A DNA stretch of 64,000 nucleotides. Origin: Torpedo marmorata. Its lineage: Eukaryota. Both the position numbers and the translations under genes were made by a program. The stretch spans positions 70,370,001-70,434,000 of the forward strand of contig OZ360241.1 of NCBI GenBank assembly GCA_977017645.1. The letters run 5' to 3'. Below the pieces are notes generated by a model that searched no databases, had not been told where the DNA came from, and worked only from the letters and a program-made list of their open reading frames with translations. The first letter of the stretch is position 1. Each line of letters opens with the position of its first letter. Positions 11,245 through 25,485 of the stretch are shown here, piece after piece.

Positions 11245-11520
11245 CTGTGGACAGCCCAGTGGTGCTCCTTGCAGAGCCACTGTCTCGCTGCTTCCGTGAC
11301 CCAGCTTTGAACTGGGGCTGCTGACTGTGTGGAGTTTGCATGGTCCCTCTGCGATTGCAAGCATTTTCTCCAAAAGCTGCTAAGAACATGTGAGGGGATG
11401 TTAATTAGTTGTCATAAATTACCCTGAGTGTAGGTAGGTAATAGATTCTGAGGACAATATTTAGGGGGAAAATAGTAGGTTGAATTCATCGTTGGGCCAA
11501 ATGGTCTCCTTCTATGCTGT
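11245..11520 (+). mobile_element. Degenerate tRNA-derived SINE
   Basis: gtgtggagtttgcatggtccc core and gggccaaatggtctccttctatgctgt tail. Confidence 0.55.
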
Positions 11521-14381
11521 AAGGAAATTTGGAACTTGGTACTATTACATTTAGGTTGGGTGCGATGGTCCTTCAGACAGTCGCCCCTGTGTAGGATTGC
11601 AAACAACTGCCATGCTTCACACAACACTGAAAAGATCTTCAAGCCCTACAATGCATAGATCAGCTTGCCCAAGGCAGTGCTTTGTATTGGCTGATGACTT
11701 GGCAGAGTAAGGAGGTTACTTCTGCCATTCTCAACATACTGCTTGAATCTGAAACCTTCAAGATTTAAGTGGCAGATATAAGGAACGGTACCTGGAAGAA
11801 CATGTTTTGCTTATTTGTGTGAGCAAATGGAACAATTCCTGACTCTACCTGGTTCACCAGTCCCACATGGGGTGCCTACCCTATCCCTCTCACTCTGTCC
11901 TCTTTCCACTGGCTTCGATTCTACATATCCCCAGTCTCGATAAAGGATTTCAGCTCGACATGTCAAAACATCGACCATTCTTTTTCTCCCACTGATGCTG
12001 CTTCACCCTCGGAGTTCCTCCAGCAGATTGTGTTGAGCTTCAGATTCCAGTCTCCTGTGTGCCTCCAGCTCTTGTTTTGGGACTGACACAGAAGATGGGG
12101 ATACTACAAAGTAAGCCTCCGGCCAAATATCCATTCACCCCAGATCTGTGATGTGTTAGATGTTATTTGAGAAGGAATGGCTTCCTGCAGAAGAAGGGAA
12201 AGGGCAGAAACTACAGCTGAGCACGGGGGTCAGTGTTTGGGAGAAAGGAAAAGAAAATTAGAAGATGTGAAAAATTTCAAAACCCTTCCACCTCGGTTCA
12301 CTTCAAAATGGACAGAAAGACAAACAAAGGTTCTCCACAGCTGTCGCATAAACAGCATGTGCACTTTGTCGAAGGAAAGAAATAAAATACTAGAGCTGTT
12401 CCACTACATATTTCCCTTTGGCACAGAGTAATTACAGCTTCATCTCAGTGCAAAATGTGTAATAAAAGTGGGTGTAAGATCACCGAATTAATCAAATATA
12501 GGAACCAGTGTATTAAATCCCAGATGAAGGCACTCCAAGACCATTCCAACTGATACAGAATGATGTGACACCCAATAAACTGAAATTTAAAGAATAGGTG
12601 CAAAATTATGAGTGAATTTCATGAGTAAGAAACAGTCCAAGTTTCTCCGACTAGAAAGTGTTTCTTGAAATTCAGCCATGCATTGTAATGTATAACCTTA
12701 TTACTGTCAGAATATAACTAACGACCCCATCATTGTCTTGTTAACACTTCAATTTGTCTCCGATGCATACTGGGGATTTGTACTCCACCTGCATCTTGTC
12801 TGCTGGGGCAGAGGTTTTTTTCCCCAGCTGGAAGGCAGTGCAGATGACCGATATGTCACAGGTCTGTTGGAGGTCCCAAACTCTCAGTGGGTGCCCTTCC
12901 AGTCCTGCCCACTGCATGGTTCCCTGTCCTAAACATCCTTCTCTGCTGTGGTTTCTCATTTGCCTTATTTTATCAGCTGTACGTCGTTCATGTCCAAATA
13001 GATTTTAGACGTTCTTGTTCCTTAAGATCCACATCCTTGGCCAAGATTTTGATCATCTATCCCACGATTGGGGAATCATTGTTTTCTCCTCATTATTTCA
13101 CCAATTTTCATACCACAGTCCACAAAATTTTTCTATATAAATGACAATTGTTATTAGCTTTAATTTATAACTTAATTGATATAAGCAGTATGGCATTACT
13201 ATTTTTGGACCTTTTCAATAACTGAACTGAAATCAATGCTTAAGCAAAGTAGTATCATATATGGGCTTAATCAGCCTGTGGATAAAGGTCATACTGCACT
13301 TCCAAACTCATCCATAAAATCCTTCATTAACAGAGCATTTCACTTTGGTAATAGATACTTTGTTCTGCTGGTAATTATTGTTCACACATTGCTAAGTACC
13401 AAAGAATTATGGTGTGACAGTAAATGGTCGGAGCCAGGCTCCAGTCAAGAGTGCAGGATTCCAATTTAGATGTACTATTATTTATGGTCCATTTCTTGCA
13501 GTGGGGCCAGGAGAATGCAATTTACTGGAAATGAGACCGAATCTTTGCATTCCTTCCTTAAACCGGATAAATTCTTGTTAAAATTCCCCTCCACGCCAGT
13601 GAAATTTGGTGAAAGGTTGCATCGCACGCAGTCTACAATTCCCATTCCTGACCTGTATCCCACAGCTACATTTCACATGACTATCTTTGCTCCATCTTCC
13701 TTTGTACTGTGACATTCAACTTGGATCCCTTTCAGCTTATTTTTTGTTCTTGTAATGAGTCATTCTTTGTCAGTCATTTTCCAAGTTAATCTCAATTCAA
13801 TTTCATTCTGGGAACATTATCCTGTTTGTATTCGTACTTTCTCATGTTCATTTAGCAAAAATGAGTTCCAAGGTGCAACCCACCTTGGAGAGTTTTCAAT
13901 CCATAAAAGCAGCAAGGTCACATTTGATGGGATAAGAGGTTGCCACACAATCAATCAACTTGACTCTGCTGGCACTGACTTGAGTGTGGGAAGGATCTTC
14001 ACCGATTTGCGAAGCAGTAACAATTTTCAAGGATTTAAGTAAGAAATGGCAGATTGGCTTCATTGATTCCTGCAGAGTTACACCACGGGAACAGCCCTTT
14101 CCACCTGCATTTCTTCCAACCTGATCTATTGCATTCAGTGATCATGATGTGGCTTCCTCTACACCAGAGAAACCATGCGTAGACCAGGCAACCATTTTGT
14201 GAAGCACCATCCATCTTGAGCTTCATGTCATTTTAACTCTTCTTCCCACTCCCACACTGACATGTTTGTCTTCAGCCTTCTCCATTGCCACGGGGAGACC
14301 AAACGCAAATTGGAAAAACAAAATCTCATATTCCACTTGGGTAGCTTGTAACCCATTGGTACAAACATTGAGCTTTACAAT

Positions 14382-15178
14382 TTCAAGATTCATGATCAAG
14401 ATTCAAGATTCAATTTATTGTCATAGTAATAAGACAGTGTCATATTCCATGAAATTTCTTTTTGCCTGCTGCAAGGCAGATAGATTCACCACCGGCAGAA
14501 ATTGCCTAAGCGCCTCTTACATTCCTTACAGTCAGAGAAGAGAAGCAAAAGAGAATCCCCCCAGAGTCACCGAGTGTCCGTAGATTCCAGCACTTCCGCA
14601 GCCTCCGCAGCCACACAGAGTCCAGTCCAAACCATCGGCAACGCGAGCTCCAGATCCGAACCTCCAACACGGTCAGGGCGCCCTCGGCACCCCCTCACAT
14701 CCCGGTTCCGATACCTGGTACTCCTCCACCCAGTTCGAACCAGCCTCCAGCAGTCCGCCGACAGCAGTCTCCAGCAGCCCACAGCCTCCGCGGGTTGCTC
14801 GCCTCGAGTCGCCAGCAGCCCGCCGCATGCACTGGTCCTTCAGCCTCAGAGCCCCTCACTGGTCTGCTGCCGTGGTGACTGTCCCGTGGGTCATCTCCTT
14901 CGCTTCTCCTTCTCAGAAGGGGGTGATCTTTCCGTCCTCTGGTGCCATGCTCCAGTCCTCCGCTTCCCCGGAGTCTGCAGCCCCTCGTGGCTGCTGCCGG
15001 TTAAAAGGCGCTGCCATCTTGGGCGCAGACCCCGTGGTCGCGGGATCTCAAATAAAACCACCGTCGGCTCCCTCAACGGGCCATTCAAAGCCTGTGTGGA
15101 ACGGACGGCAGTCGACTGGGCGGCTGAGCCCCGCAGGAGCGCTGTATCTCTGCTCCCTTGCTCCCCGCGGGAGCAATT
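14382..15178 (-). mobile_element. GC-rich non-autonomous retroposon
   Basis: Reverse complement of 27170-27957 with a small internal deletion; (tcaagat)n tail at the left end, adjoining a Penelope GIY-YIG remnant (about 14200-14381). Confidence 0.9.
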
Positions 15179-15589
15179 TGATGGCCAATAGTTATTTCAG
15201 TATCATCATTGTTTTAAAATAGTTTTAGCATTTTAGTCATGGGGCCATCTGAACTGATAAGACTTCTTTATTGCTCCTGCTTATGCATTTTTCTTACTTC
15301 TCTCCAGACTGTGTTGCTTTTTTCTTGATTGCAATTCCAGGAATATGGAACTGCACTGGTTTTTCAGACAGAGACTTTACTTTGTGTTTATTAAAGGCTC
15401 CCAGTGCAACAGTTCTGTTTTACACAGGAGCAGCACTCAAGCAAAACTCACAATATTTGAAGATGCAGATCCTCATCTTGGTCACAAGCATCTGGTGAAG
15501 ATGCTGCCAGCAATTCGGAAATAGACATGTGCCTCATGTGTCATTATTGTTACAATTAGTTTCTTTTCTCTATAATCTCTCGAACTACT

Positions 15590-16499
15590 TGTTACAACTC
15601 AGACCAGCAACAACAGAAAGCAATTCAAAAGGGTTAAATTTTAACTCTATATTTATTAATGACTATTAACAATATAATATCTTAACACAATTAACCCCAC
15701 TATAAGTATCTATAGCAAATATACGGATATCATATATTTATAAACAGTGTGTATTTGAAAAACCCAGATCATTACAGTCTGTGCCCAATATTCAAAAAGG
15801 AAAAAAACCCAAAACCCCAGGTCAGTCAGTAAGTCAGTCCAAAAAACAGTCCACAAAATTCAATCTCAAAGTTCAATGTCCAAGTTCAGTTCTTTAACTG
15901 ATAACAAAGGACGTCGTATTGAACGTTGGAGAGAGAAATGACTGATGTTGCGTTGCAGTAAGCTTACGAATCCTTTTTCAGGCTTCCTCAGATGACTTCC
16001 CTTGGTTCTCAAAGTGTGGTTTTTAACCCTTCCTCACTTATGAGGCATGTGCATTTCACACAGCTCTCCAGCTGCCCTCTTCCGCTCCAACTGCCGTTCT
16101 GTTGCTCCAACCGTCGCTCCAACTGCCGTTCCAACTGCCGTTCTAATGCTCCAACTGCCGTTCCATTGTCTCTCTGTCTGCACAACTCGACCTTGGCGAG
16201 TCTGCACTCAGCTGTTCCACAAGTCACACAGAGTTCTCAGCAGAATTCCATCCTTTATAATGACAGTCCACAATCCAAAAGGTCAGTCCATGGTCCATAA
16301 CATACTCCCTTTTCTCTTATCTATTTTCTGCAACATTTTCAACACTGCCTTAATTTTAAACTGCCATGTTTCCTGTACCAATTAACAAAATGCAAATGTA
16401 TGAAGTGTGTATTTTCAGTGTGGCAGGGCTAACTGAAAAAAACAATTTCAGTCAAGGTTTGTACTTGTTGGTTCCCCGGCTCTTTGCTGCGTGATAACA
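15590..16499 (-). mobile_element. Probable solo LTR with internal short tandem repeat
   Basis: TGTTACAAC...GTGATAACA ends, reverse-strand AATAAA near the left end, repeated ccaactgccgttc units at about 16065-16165. No TSD found, so boundaries are uncertain. Confidence 0.45.
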
Positions 16500-18179
16500 G
16501 AAGCTATGCTTTCTGGTGTCTAGCCTTTGGATTTGTGGCAATCCTGAAATCCTATCTGGACAGGCTTCTTTCTCCTGTTGTAGTTCCATGCCTCCATTCT
16601 TTATGTCCTGTTTTCCAATAAAACATTCCTGATTAAATCAGGATATCACTAGTCCTGTAATAAATATTAGAAGTGAGTTCGGCAGAAAGAATGTGTACAG
16701 CATTTTTCATAATCTCAGTCGTCTCAACGTAAGTTGGAGCCAGTTGCAATCATTCCCTCCAGCGAAGCTACCTGACCCACTGAGTTCCACCAGCAACTAA
16801 TATTTGACTTCAAATTCCAGCATCTGCAGTCCCTTGTGTCTCTAACGTGCACCCAATGAAATATAGTCATGATATTCCACAAAACAGGAATGCGAAAATC
16901 TGGTTAGTGGTTGAACGATGAAACTTGGTGACTTCTCTCCTGATCTTCTTTGAAGAAGCCTGAGAGGAGAGACAGAGAACAAATTTGGAGAGAATAAAAA
17001 GAACTCGCAAACAATTTCATTAGAAATAACAACCATAAGAAATTGTCCAAAATTCTTTTGCAGTGGTTCGCTGGAGGAAACTATTCCCACGTTGAGAACT
17101 TTGGGGATGCAGGGTAGGGATTCCGGATTAGAGCTCCAAAGCTCCAAATCCCTCCATATGGCAATTTGATTCCATGCATGAGTGGTGATGGTCAGAATGT
17201 CCTCGGACATGAAAGCCATGAGATCTAAATTGGGCATGTAGCAACCTGCTACGAATCGGTATCTGAGTAATGCCCATGTTAACTGAAAATTGTGCAATGG
17301 CTTAATGAGTATCGTTTGACGTTCATCAACCGTTGAATAATCAATCTTCTTGTTAAATAAGTTGCATATATCCCTTTTCTGTGAACTACTTGATGGTCAC
17401 CCACTTTTTCTCCCTTGATAGTAAGCACTTGACTCCATTTGTTTATGTAGGCCAGCTTCAAAAGATTCTGCTAAGACCTTGTTTGAATTGAATCAAAGGC
17501 CACAGTATGATGTTTGAATTTTATGCGATCTTTTGCTTTCTCTGAGATAACAATCAGCCTGTAATCTGCAAGTCAACTTACACATTCCTTTTGATGCAAC
17601 CACATGAACAAATATATAATTGGTGCATTTAGGGTGACACCATTGTAGCAGGCATTGCTATCATGCAGAAATTTCATAGTGAAAGCCCTGAATCATTAGC
17701 TTGTGTTCTCCCGCATAATGGACAAGGAAGGTTTAATATTGAGCAATTAATGTGAACTCGGTAAATGTCTAATCCTTTCCAGCCCAAGGCAGGTCATATT
17801 CACTAGTTCCAAGACTAAAACTCTTTGTATTTCCTTTAACTGAAAAACAAAAGGTTATTAATCATAGGCGACTCAAAGTGAAGTCACATATCCTCTGGAG
17901 TTTGAAGAATTTGAAGTACTATGCTGCCTGGAGCTGTACTGATCAGTCAGTGGAATTCACCATGCAGAAAGGTCACAAGTTCACAGTCCGGTTTGTCAAT
18001 TTAGTTTTAGTTATAGCACTACTTTTCATTTATCTACAAAAGTCTTTCCAGTGATGGCCATTTCAATACTGACAAATGGGCAGATCATGCAGGAACTGTT
18101 CCGAAGCAGTAGGATCAGAAGGTGTTATCTGGTCTGCCTCACCCCGCTGTCACAGGTTGCATTTGTAGAAAGATACAAG

Positions 18180-18485
18180 TCGGAAATAGTCCCTTCAGCA
18201 CACTGAATCTGCGCTGAGCACCATGAAACTAGTTACATAAATTCTACGTTCACCCCATATTTTATTCTCCCCACATTCTCCTCATCTCCTCTCAGATTCT
18301 ACCTTTTATCTGAACACCAGAGACAAGTTACAGTGGCCAAATAACCTACACATCTTTGGGATGTCGGAGGAAGCTGGAGGAAACCCACGGGGTCACAGGG
18401 AGAACATGCAAACTCTGCACAGGGAGTGCCAGTGGTCAGGATTGAACCCAGGTTTCTGCAGCTATGAGACGGCAGCTCCATCCCT
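18180..18485 (-). mobile_element. Degenerate tRNA-derived SINE
   Basis: ggaaacccacggggtcacagggagaacatgcaaactc...ggattgaaccc. Confidence 0.7.
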
Positions 18486-18559
18486 GTGCTATCCAGGTCT
18501 TGCATCTGGCATTTGACCCGCTGGCTGTTAACCTGTGGGCTTGGTCCAAAAGTAATTTA

Positions 18560-18911
18560 CGGTAGAAGTCCAAAAATTCTGACTGCTCAGGGATTGGGTC
18601 GGTCCGGATTTTTGGATTTTCCGGATTCTCGGGCAGTACTTTTAAAATTCAAATTTGAGGAGGAATAAAGAAGAGATGAACAGGTAAGTTTTGATAGTTT
18701 ATTCAATAGCAAATACAGCATGCTTCATTTATCAAAACGAGCAGTTTTAAAGAAAAATTAAATGGTCGCTTGTTGCCACTGTGCATCAGTGTGCTTATGC
18801 ATGCACGCACACAAAAAAACCCACTAAATTTAAAAGGTTTGAGAATTTTTGAAACGTTCGGATTCTTGGGTGGTCCGGATTTCTAGCATCCGGATTTTTG
18901 GACTTCTACTG
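18560..18911. mobile_element. Tc1/mariner-pogo (Tigger-like) MITE
   Basis: TIRs cggtagaagtccaaaaat / atttttggacttctactg, left TA, internal tccggatt subterminal repeats. Confidence 0.75.
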
Positions 18912-19319
18912 TTGTACTTTCCCAGTGCATCTTTCCTCCATTGAAGCACAGGAATCTGCTCAGTTGCCCTCATGCCCATGGTAAACCCAATGCCAAAGCA
19001 TCCAGGTTGTGCCAGCTAATTTGCCTCAAGAACAGAGGCAGGTGTGGTATTGACTGACTGTTCTCATGAAGGGACCGCAGGCATTTATCTGCCGTGGTAC
19101 CATGCAGCAGGTCTCTGCTCTTCCCCTCTCTGCCTGGTTGAGAGCAGCTCTCTGGGTGTTGGGCTGTGCTTTCCTAGCAAGGGGTCTACAAGCTCATGGT
19201 CAAAAAAAACCTGTGGATGCTGGAGATCTGAAAGGTAAATAGGAAAGGCTGCAATCTCTCAATGAGTCTGGCAATATTTGTGGAAATAGATGCAGAGTTC
19301 ACATTTCAGGTTGAACAAC

Positions 19320-19505
19320 GGGTTCCAATCCGGCACTGTCTGTAAGGGGTTTGTAGGTTCTCCCCGTGTCTGCAAGGGTTTTCTCCGGGCGCTCCGGTTT
19401 CTTCCCACCCTCTAACATGTACAGGGGTTGTAGGTTAATTGGAGAATTTGGTCGGCACAGGCTCGTGGGCAGGAAGGGCCTGTTACCGTGCTGTATGTCT
19501 TAAAA
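19320..19505 (+). mobile_element. tRNA-derived SINE, 5'-truncated
   Basis: gggttccaatccggcactgtctg...ttctccccgtgtctgc...ccgtgctgtatgtct. Confidence 0.8.
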
Positions 19506-19549
19506 ATCTTCAGTCAGGATTGACATTGATGGGAATTAAAAGTTGAAAG

Positions 19550-20485
19550 TTCAGATTTATTGTCAGAGTACATACATGGCATCACATACAACCCTGAGAT
19601 TCTTTTTCCTGCGGGCGAGACAGAATTACCACTTATTGGTAGTGCACAAAACTGTACTCAAGAAGATACATACACATCTAAACAAATAAAGAAATGTAAA
19701 CAAACTGTGCAATACAGAGAGAAAAAATAAATAAAGTGCACAAGTAAGAGTCCTTAAATGAGTCTCTGATTGAGTTTGTCGTTGAGGAGTCTGATGGTGG
19801 AGGGGTAGCAGCTGTTCCTGAACCTGGTGGTGCGAGTCTTGTGGCACCTATACCTCTTTCCTGATGGTAGCAGAGAGAACAGAGCGTGTGCTGGGTGGTG
19901 TGGATCCATGATGATTGCTGCTGCCCTCTGACAGCAGCGCTCCCTGTAGATGTACTCAATGTTGGGGAGGGTTTTGCCTGTGATGTCCTGGGCTGTGTCC
20001 ACTACCTTTTTCAGGGCTTTCTGCTCAGAGGTATTGGTGTCCCTAAACCAGACCGTGATGCAGCCGGTCAGCACACTTTCCACCACACCTCTGTAGAAAT
20101 TTGCCAAGGTTTCCGATGTCATACCAAACCTCCGCAAACTCCTGAGAAGTAGAGGCGCTGATGTGCTTTCTTCACGATGCCATTAGTGTGTTGGGCCCAG
20201 GAACGATCCTCCGAGATAGTGACTCCAAAGAACTTAAATTTGCTCACCCTCTCCACCTCTGATCCCCCAATGATCACTGGATCGTACACCTCTGGTTTTC
20301 CCTTCTTAATTTCTACAATCAGCTCCTTGGTTTTGGTGAGTGAGTGCAAGGTTCTTGTTGGTGCACCATTCAGCCAAGTTTTCAATCTCCCTCCTGCATG
20401 CTGACTCATCACTCCTTTTTATGCAACCCACTACTGTGGTATCATCGGCGAATTTGTAAATGACATTGTTGTCACAACAACATAG
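19550..20485 (-). mobile_element. Rex1/Babar-like LINE family A, RT 3' half, frameshifted
   Basis: YKFADDTTVVG motif (ORF 20306-20560) continuing in ORFs 20119-20412 and 19754-20137. Confidence 0.92.
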
Positions 20486-22641
20486 GCAGTCTGTGCTGTG
20501 ATTTGTCAGCTGTCTTTCAACTTTGGGTTTATGTGCTTTACATGGATTGAGCAATCCCACACCGGATCAGAGTTCTTGGGGTTGGAGTAGCCTCGGGCAA
20601 GTGATAATGATTGGATGAACACGTTTGAGTGTGCAAACTTGTGAATGGTGTTGCTTTGTACACTGACATTCCTCCAAAGTTGGCTGGATTTTTGAAGAGA
20701 GTCAAGTGGACCTTCAGTGAATGGAGTCGGTGCTTGAGTAACATGGATTGGCTGCTGATTCTTCATCACGATGCAGATCTTCAAAATGTGATGGTGCCTT
20801 CTACCCGGAGTGGTCAACAAAATTGACACTGGTGCTTTGGCATTACTTGAGAACTTATTCAGCAACTGGCCAGTGGACATCTGCCCAGATGGAAGCCAAG
20901 GGTTAATTGTTCTTCCAAGATGGGCGAGAACCTTTTCATCAGCAGCACTGTCAGAGACTCATTTTCATATGAGCTTATTCCAAATTTAACTTGCATGAGC
21001 TATGCAGACCATCAGTTATGTGGGTTGATATTGAAAGGGACCCAATGTTTGTGGAACCATACCTCAACATGAGTGAGCAATCATAGTCGAGTCTTGGAAG
21101 GGTTGTTTATAATATGTAGGCAGATATACAGTACAAAAGAGTACAAATACATATTACAGTGTAGATGTGAAGTAACTGAGGAAATCATTTATTCACGCAA
21201 AATGTTACAGGAAATAGGTCTGATTAAAGAGAGAACTTTCATTTATATACCGGTAGTTGTTTTCTATATCCTCTGGACTCCTAGAGCACACTTCACAGCA
21301 ATATTATTTTACAGACAAATATGGAATTTAATTTGCACGCATCAGTGATCTAAGAACAATATTGAGATGAAAACCTTGGTAGCATTGTCTGAGCGTAAGC
21401 ATTTGACTAGGACACAAGGAGGAACTTACTGCTCTTCTTCCATTAAGGGAATGGAATTTGTACATCCACTTTAGGAGATTGCAAGCTTAATGCATTATCC
21501 AATTGAAAGCTTTGCAGTGCATGAACCAGCAGTGCTGTATTGAAGTGGATAGAGTTGAAGCTCAAGTCATGGCATCGAGTTTGAACCTACAGATGTTTGA
21601 CTCCAAGGTGAAAGTGATGTAAACTAGTCAAATTCAATGTAAACATATCAGTTGTGTGCATGTGAAGTTCAAGCAAGAGACAACAAAAGTTTTCTTTTCT
21701 GGAATTAGTTGAAAGATGTAGATTGATTTTTTGGTAGACTTTGAAATGAAAACTCAGCCAAGTGTAATAAGACCGGTTGACACATTTATGAGGTTGAGAG
21801 GGCAGGTTGCGCTGGTGAGAGCCATATCCTGGACACAATACCCAGCACAGCTAAATCTGTCAAAACTTATTCAGTCATATAATTGAAATATCCACTGGAG
21901 GCTCTTCAGTACAAAAAACAGTGCAAAATGGAATGTTGGGTTGGCCAAGATTGGAAATGAATGTCCAAAGTTTCCAGTTTGTAGCTTGAGGAGCAGTAGA
22001 TAAATAGAAAATTGCTTGGCTCACTGAGTTGGCTGTCAAGGATTGGTACTGAAGTGATGCTTGCATCATTGCTGAAGAGCATCATCTGGAAAATCTGCTG
22101 CTGGTAAAAGGCACTGATGCCTTGCAAAGTAGCTTAATGCAAGGGGGTGGGGAGTGAGAGGGGGAGAGAGAGGGGGATAGAGAGGATAGAGAGGGAGATA
22201 AAGATGGGGGGGGAGAGAGAGAGAGAAGAGAAGGCATACATCCAGGTGATGTACAGTGGCACCTGGGCATCTGACACTAAATGCAGACTCACTACACCCC
22301 CCCCACCCAAATGCGACCTAATGGAGGCAGCAAAGTCTGAAAGTCCACACGCCATTTCTGCTTCCTTGTCTGCCTCACATATCGAAAGGGAGGACTAGAC
22401 TGAGTGCCTTTCCCAGCAGAGTCTGAGGTTAAGTCATGTGCAGCTTCAAAAGGGCAGAAAACGGGAGCTTTGGTATGCAAAAGATAATGTTTGGGGAACC
22501 ACTCTAAACCTTTCTGTCCTCAACTCCGAGAGGAGTTTGACTCGAGTATCTACCCATCCTCGTTGGCACCGCCATCAAGAAAAGGTTTCCATTGCTGCAG
22601 GTATGATGGGAATGTTTTTCAGGTTCAATGGGACCTACAGC

Positions 22642-24243
22642 AACTACCATGTAAGAAGTGGCCAGGATTCATTCAGTGCCTCTTCCTCTGAATCAGCCAG
22701 CTCTGGTGGTTGTAGCAAGCAGATGCTTTATCTGGGCTGTAACGGATGTGTTAATGTTAATATTAATATTTAAAGTTAAGTTATAGAATTATATATATTG
22801 TTAAGTAAGGTTAGTTGTGGGCTGGTACAGGGTCACACACAAGTCACAGCACATTTGCATGAAAAAACCATTACTGAGAGAACGAATGTCAGCTTGGAGT
22901 CGAAGTGTCTGAGAAGACAAAAGCCATAAAAACTGAAGTGGTTCTTAATTGAAATTCAAGGACAATGGATGGACAAACCCTGTTAGTACTAACAAAGGAA
23001 CAGCAATGGAAAATTCACCAGACAATGGTAAATTCAAAAGAATAGTTTTATTTAAACTATTAATAACATAACATATCTTACTTATCTCTTCACTTAACTC
23101 TAACTTAAACCCCACTATGCGCAAATATAAATGTGTGTTTTAAAGTCCAAACTATTTCAGTTTAAACTTAAATCTGAAAAAGTACATTTTAAAGTCCAGT
23201 TTCAAACTTCTTTTGTTGAACTTCAGGATCCCTTTAAATTGTTTCAAAAGTTATTATAAAGCAAGAATGGAGCATTCGATTTCTTTCAAACTCACACGTC
23301 TGTTGCTGAGTTGTCTTTCAGAGATATTTTTCTTCACACGAGTGTTTTCACAAGTTTCCCCCTATCTTGTTAGGGTTATGAAACTATGATCTTCACGATG
23401 ATTTCTTTCTTAATCAGGAGTAACATACGGTGATGTCCTCTTTTCTTAGAAGCAATTGGAAAGTGGTCTTACTTATTTTAAAAGCCACTTATTATGTATT
23501 TCCTATGATAAGGATAATACACAGAGACAGTACCTCTATCCATTCAGAGATCACTGCTCATAATTAATTCTGTCTTTACAGAACATCAAAGTTCTTCAGA
23601 CTGCTTCAATCCCTGTTCTTTCAGGGTTCTTACGTTTCTTCAGTCTGGTACAGTCTGATTCAAAATGTCTGATTTCTTCAATAATATGGGTCTCTGCCAT
23701 CATGTTACATTACATCATCAATGACATCAGTCTGAATTCTTGGAAACCATGTGACCACTTCCTGGAATCTTTACAGTTGCCAGCTCCAGTTTCTTGGAAA
23801 CCATGTGACCTTCATAACTCTGTTCCAAGAGGCTTAAGTGGTTTATGATTCCGGAAAATCTGACTGCCATCAGCCAGCAGAATGCTGTGTACACAAAAAT
23901 GCTTTTAAGCAACCACCCATTGTCTTTGAGTTTCAATTAAGAACCACTTCAGTTTTTATGGCTTTTGTCTTCTTAAACGCTTCGACTCCAAGCTGACATT
24001 CTTTCTCTCAGTAATGGTTTTTTCCTGCAAATATGCTGTGACCTGTGCGTGACCTTGTACCAGCCCACAACTAACCTTACTTAACAATATATATAATTCT
24101 ATAACTTAACTTTAAATATTAATATTAACATTAACACACCCATTACAGCCCAGATAAAGCATCTGCTTGCTACAACCACCAGAGCTGGCTGATTCAGAGG
24201 AAGAGGCACTGACTGAATCCTGGCCACTTCTTACATGGTGGTT
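22642..24243. repeat. Long inverted duplication, arms about 330 bp
   Basis: 22642-22972 is the reverse complement of 23912-24243 (e.g. accatgtaagaagtggccaggattca / tgaatcctggccacttcttacatggt). Confidence 0.92.
22981..24147 (-). mobile_element. Solo LTR-like element, about 1.17 kb
   Basis: Minus strand begins TGTAATG and ends ACTAACA; reverse-strand AATAAA near 23047-23052; possible 4-bp TSD accc/gccc; internal direct repeat ttcttggaaaccatgtgacc. Confidence 0.6.
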
Positions 24244-25228
24244 ACAACCATCGAATGATATTATAGCACCTATTTAGTGCTATTTTCTACGCTGCCCCCA
24301 GAACCTTGGATCTATTCTGGCCAACATATCCATTCTTTCACTGTCTAATATCCATCCATTCCATTCACATGGCTCCATTTGAAAATATAGCCTGGAGTTT
24401 CATTTGTGGTTCAACCCAGAAAATCTACCCAAAGTGAACTCTATTTGGTTAATAACAAAAAAATGCTCCAATCTAATCAAAATATGCCAACACTCAAAAT
24501 GGGCTTAAATCGGCATAAACTAATGGAAATGGTGTGGGCTTCAAGTAAATACTGGACCCCAGCAGTGCATTTATTCAATATGTTGTTCAAAACTGAAAGG
24601 TTTTGATTCATCTATCCATCATTCATGCAAGTCAGGTACACTGGATCTGTAACAGCATTGTTTTTTCAATTTTAACGTAATTTACCTGCTTACAAAACTT
24701 GTGGAGAAATAAGTAGCAGAGTAGGTCTCAGCCAGGACACATTTCCAAAAATATATTGAGGAGATTCAAACCAAAAGAACAGAATTTTGAATTTCTTTCT
24801 GCTGCATCTGAAGATCCAGACCCCGAGATCAAACAAAAAGGTGCTTATGTTGGAAAGAATCATGTGTCCATAAAAGGTGAGGTGGTGGGGGAGTGTCTTA
24901 GATTAGACCCAAGTGACAATGTTTGGGCAGAAGAGGAGGAATTTCCTGATGCATCTGATCGTGGAATATCTGACCAGCGAGCTGCTGATCAGTGTTTGGT
25001 GGGGTTGTTCTTTCTGCATCTAATAATGCTGCTTTTGACCTGGACAATTCAGGCAGAATTGAGCAAGAACACTTGGGGCTCATTATCTAGTGGGAACTGA
25101 ACTGATGTTGATAAAGCGAATTTTAGATCAAAACCATTATCCAAGGTGAAAATTGAACCTAACTACTTAAAAATGAAAGGCTGACACCTAATTCACTCCC
25201 CAATCCACAACAAGAATAAATGTCCAAA

Positions 25229-25485
25229 TTTAAGTCAAGTTCATTATCATCTGATTGCACAAGTAAAACCTGACAAAACAGCGTTCTCCAGTCTTCAGTG
25301 CAAAACACGCAGGTACACAACCAGACACAACACACATACAGAAAGACAATACATATCCAGGACAAGTATTCATATATACAAATAAATAAATAAATAAATG
25401 TTGTTTCGGAAATATGAGCGTCTCGGATGTGTGAGCAGTTCCTTTGGTCGTTCAGTATTCTCCCTGCCCATGGGAAGAAGCTGTT
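25229..25485 (-). mobile_element. Rex1-like LINE 3' end, another subfamily
   Basis: caagttcattatcatctgattg tail; gggaagaagctgt is the reverse of the ORF-terminal SFFP motif. Confidence 0.6.

Noticed and set aside
14502-15191. 229-aa ORF and its relatives (27151-27858, 44878-45375, 50524-51387, 39424-39906) as a novel protein family
   Set aside because: All lie in the GC-rich repeat, occur in several frames on both strands, differ in frame between copies and show no recognisable domain. Stop-poor composition explains them.
15290-15360. Possible exon after the ttttcttacttctctccag acceptor-like site
   Set aside because: No convincing donor or protein similarity, and it lies in the duplicated flank segment.
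16065-16165. CRISPR-like or coding repeat (RQLE repeats)
   Set aside because: Short tandem units without unique spacers, in eukaryotic LTR-like DNA.
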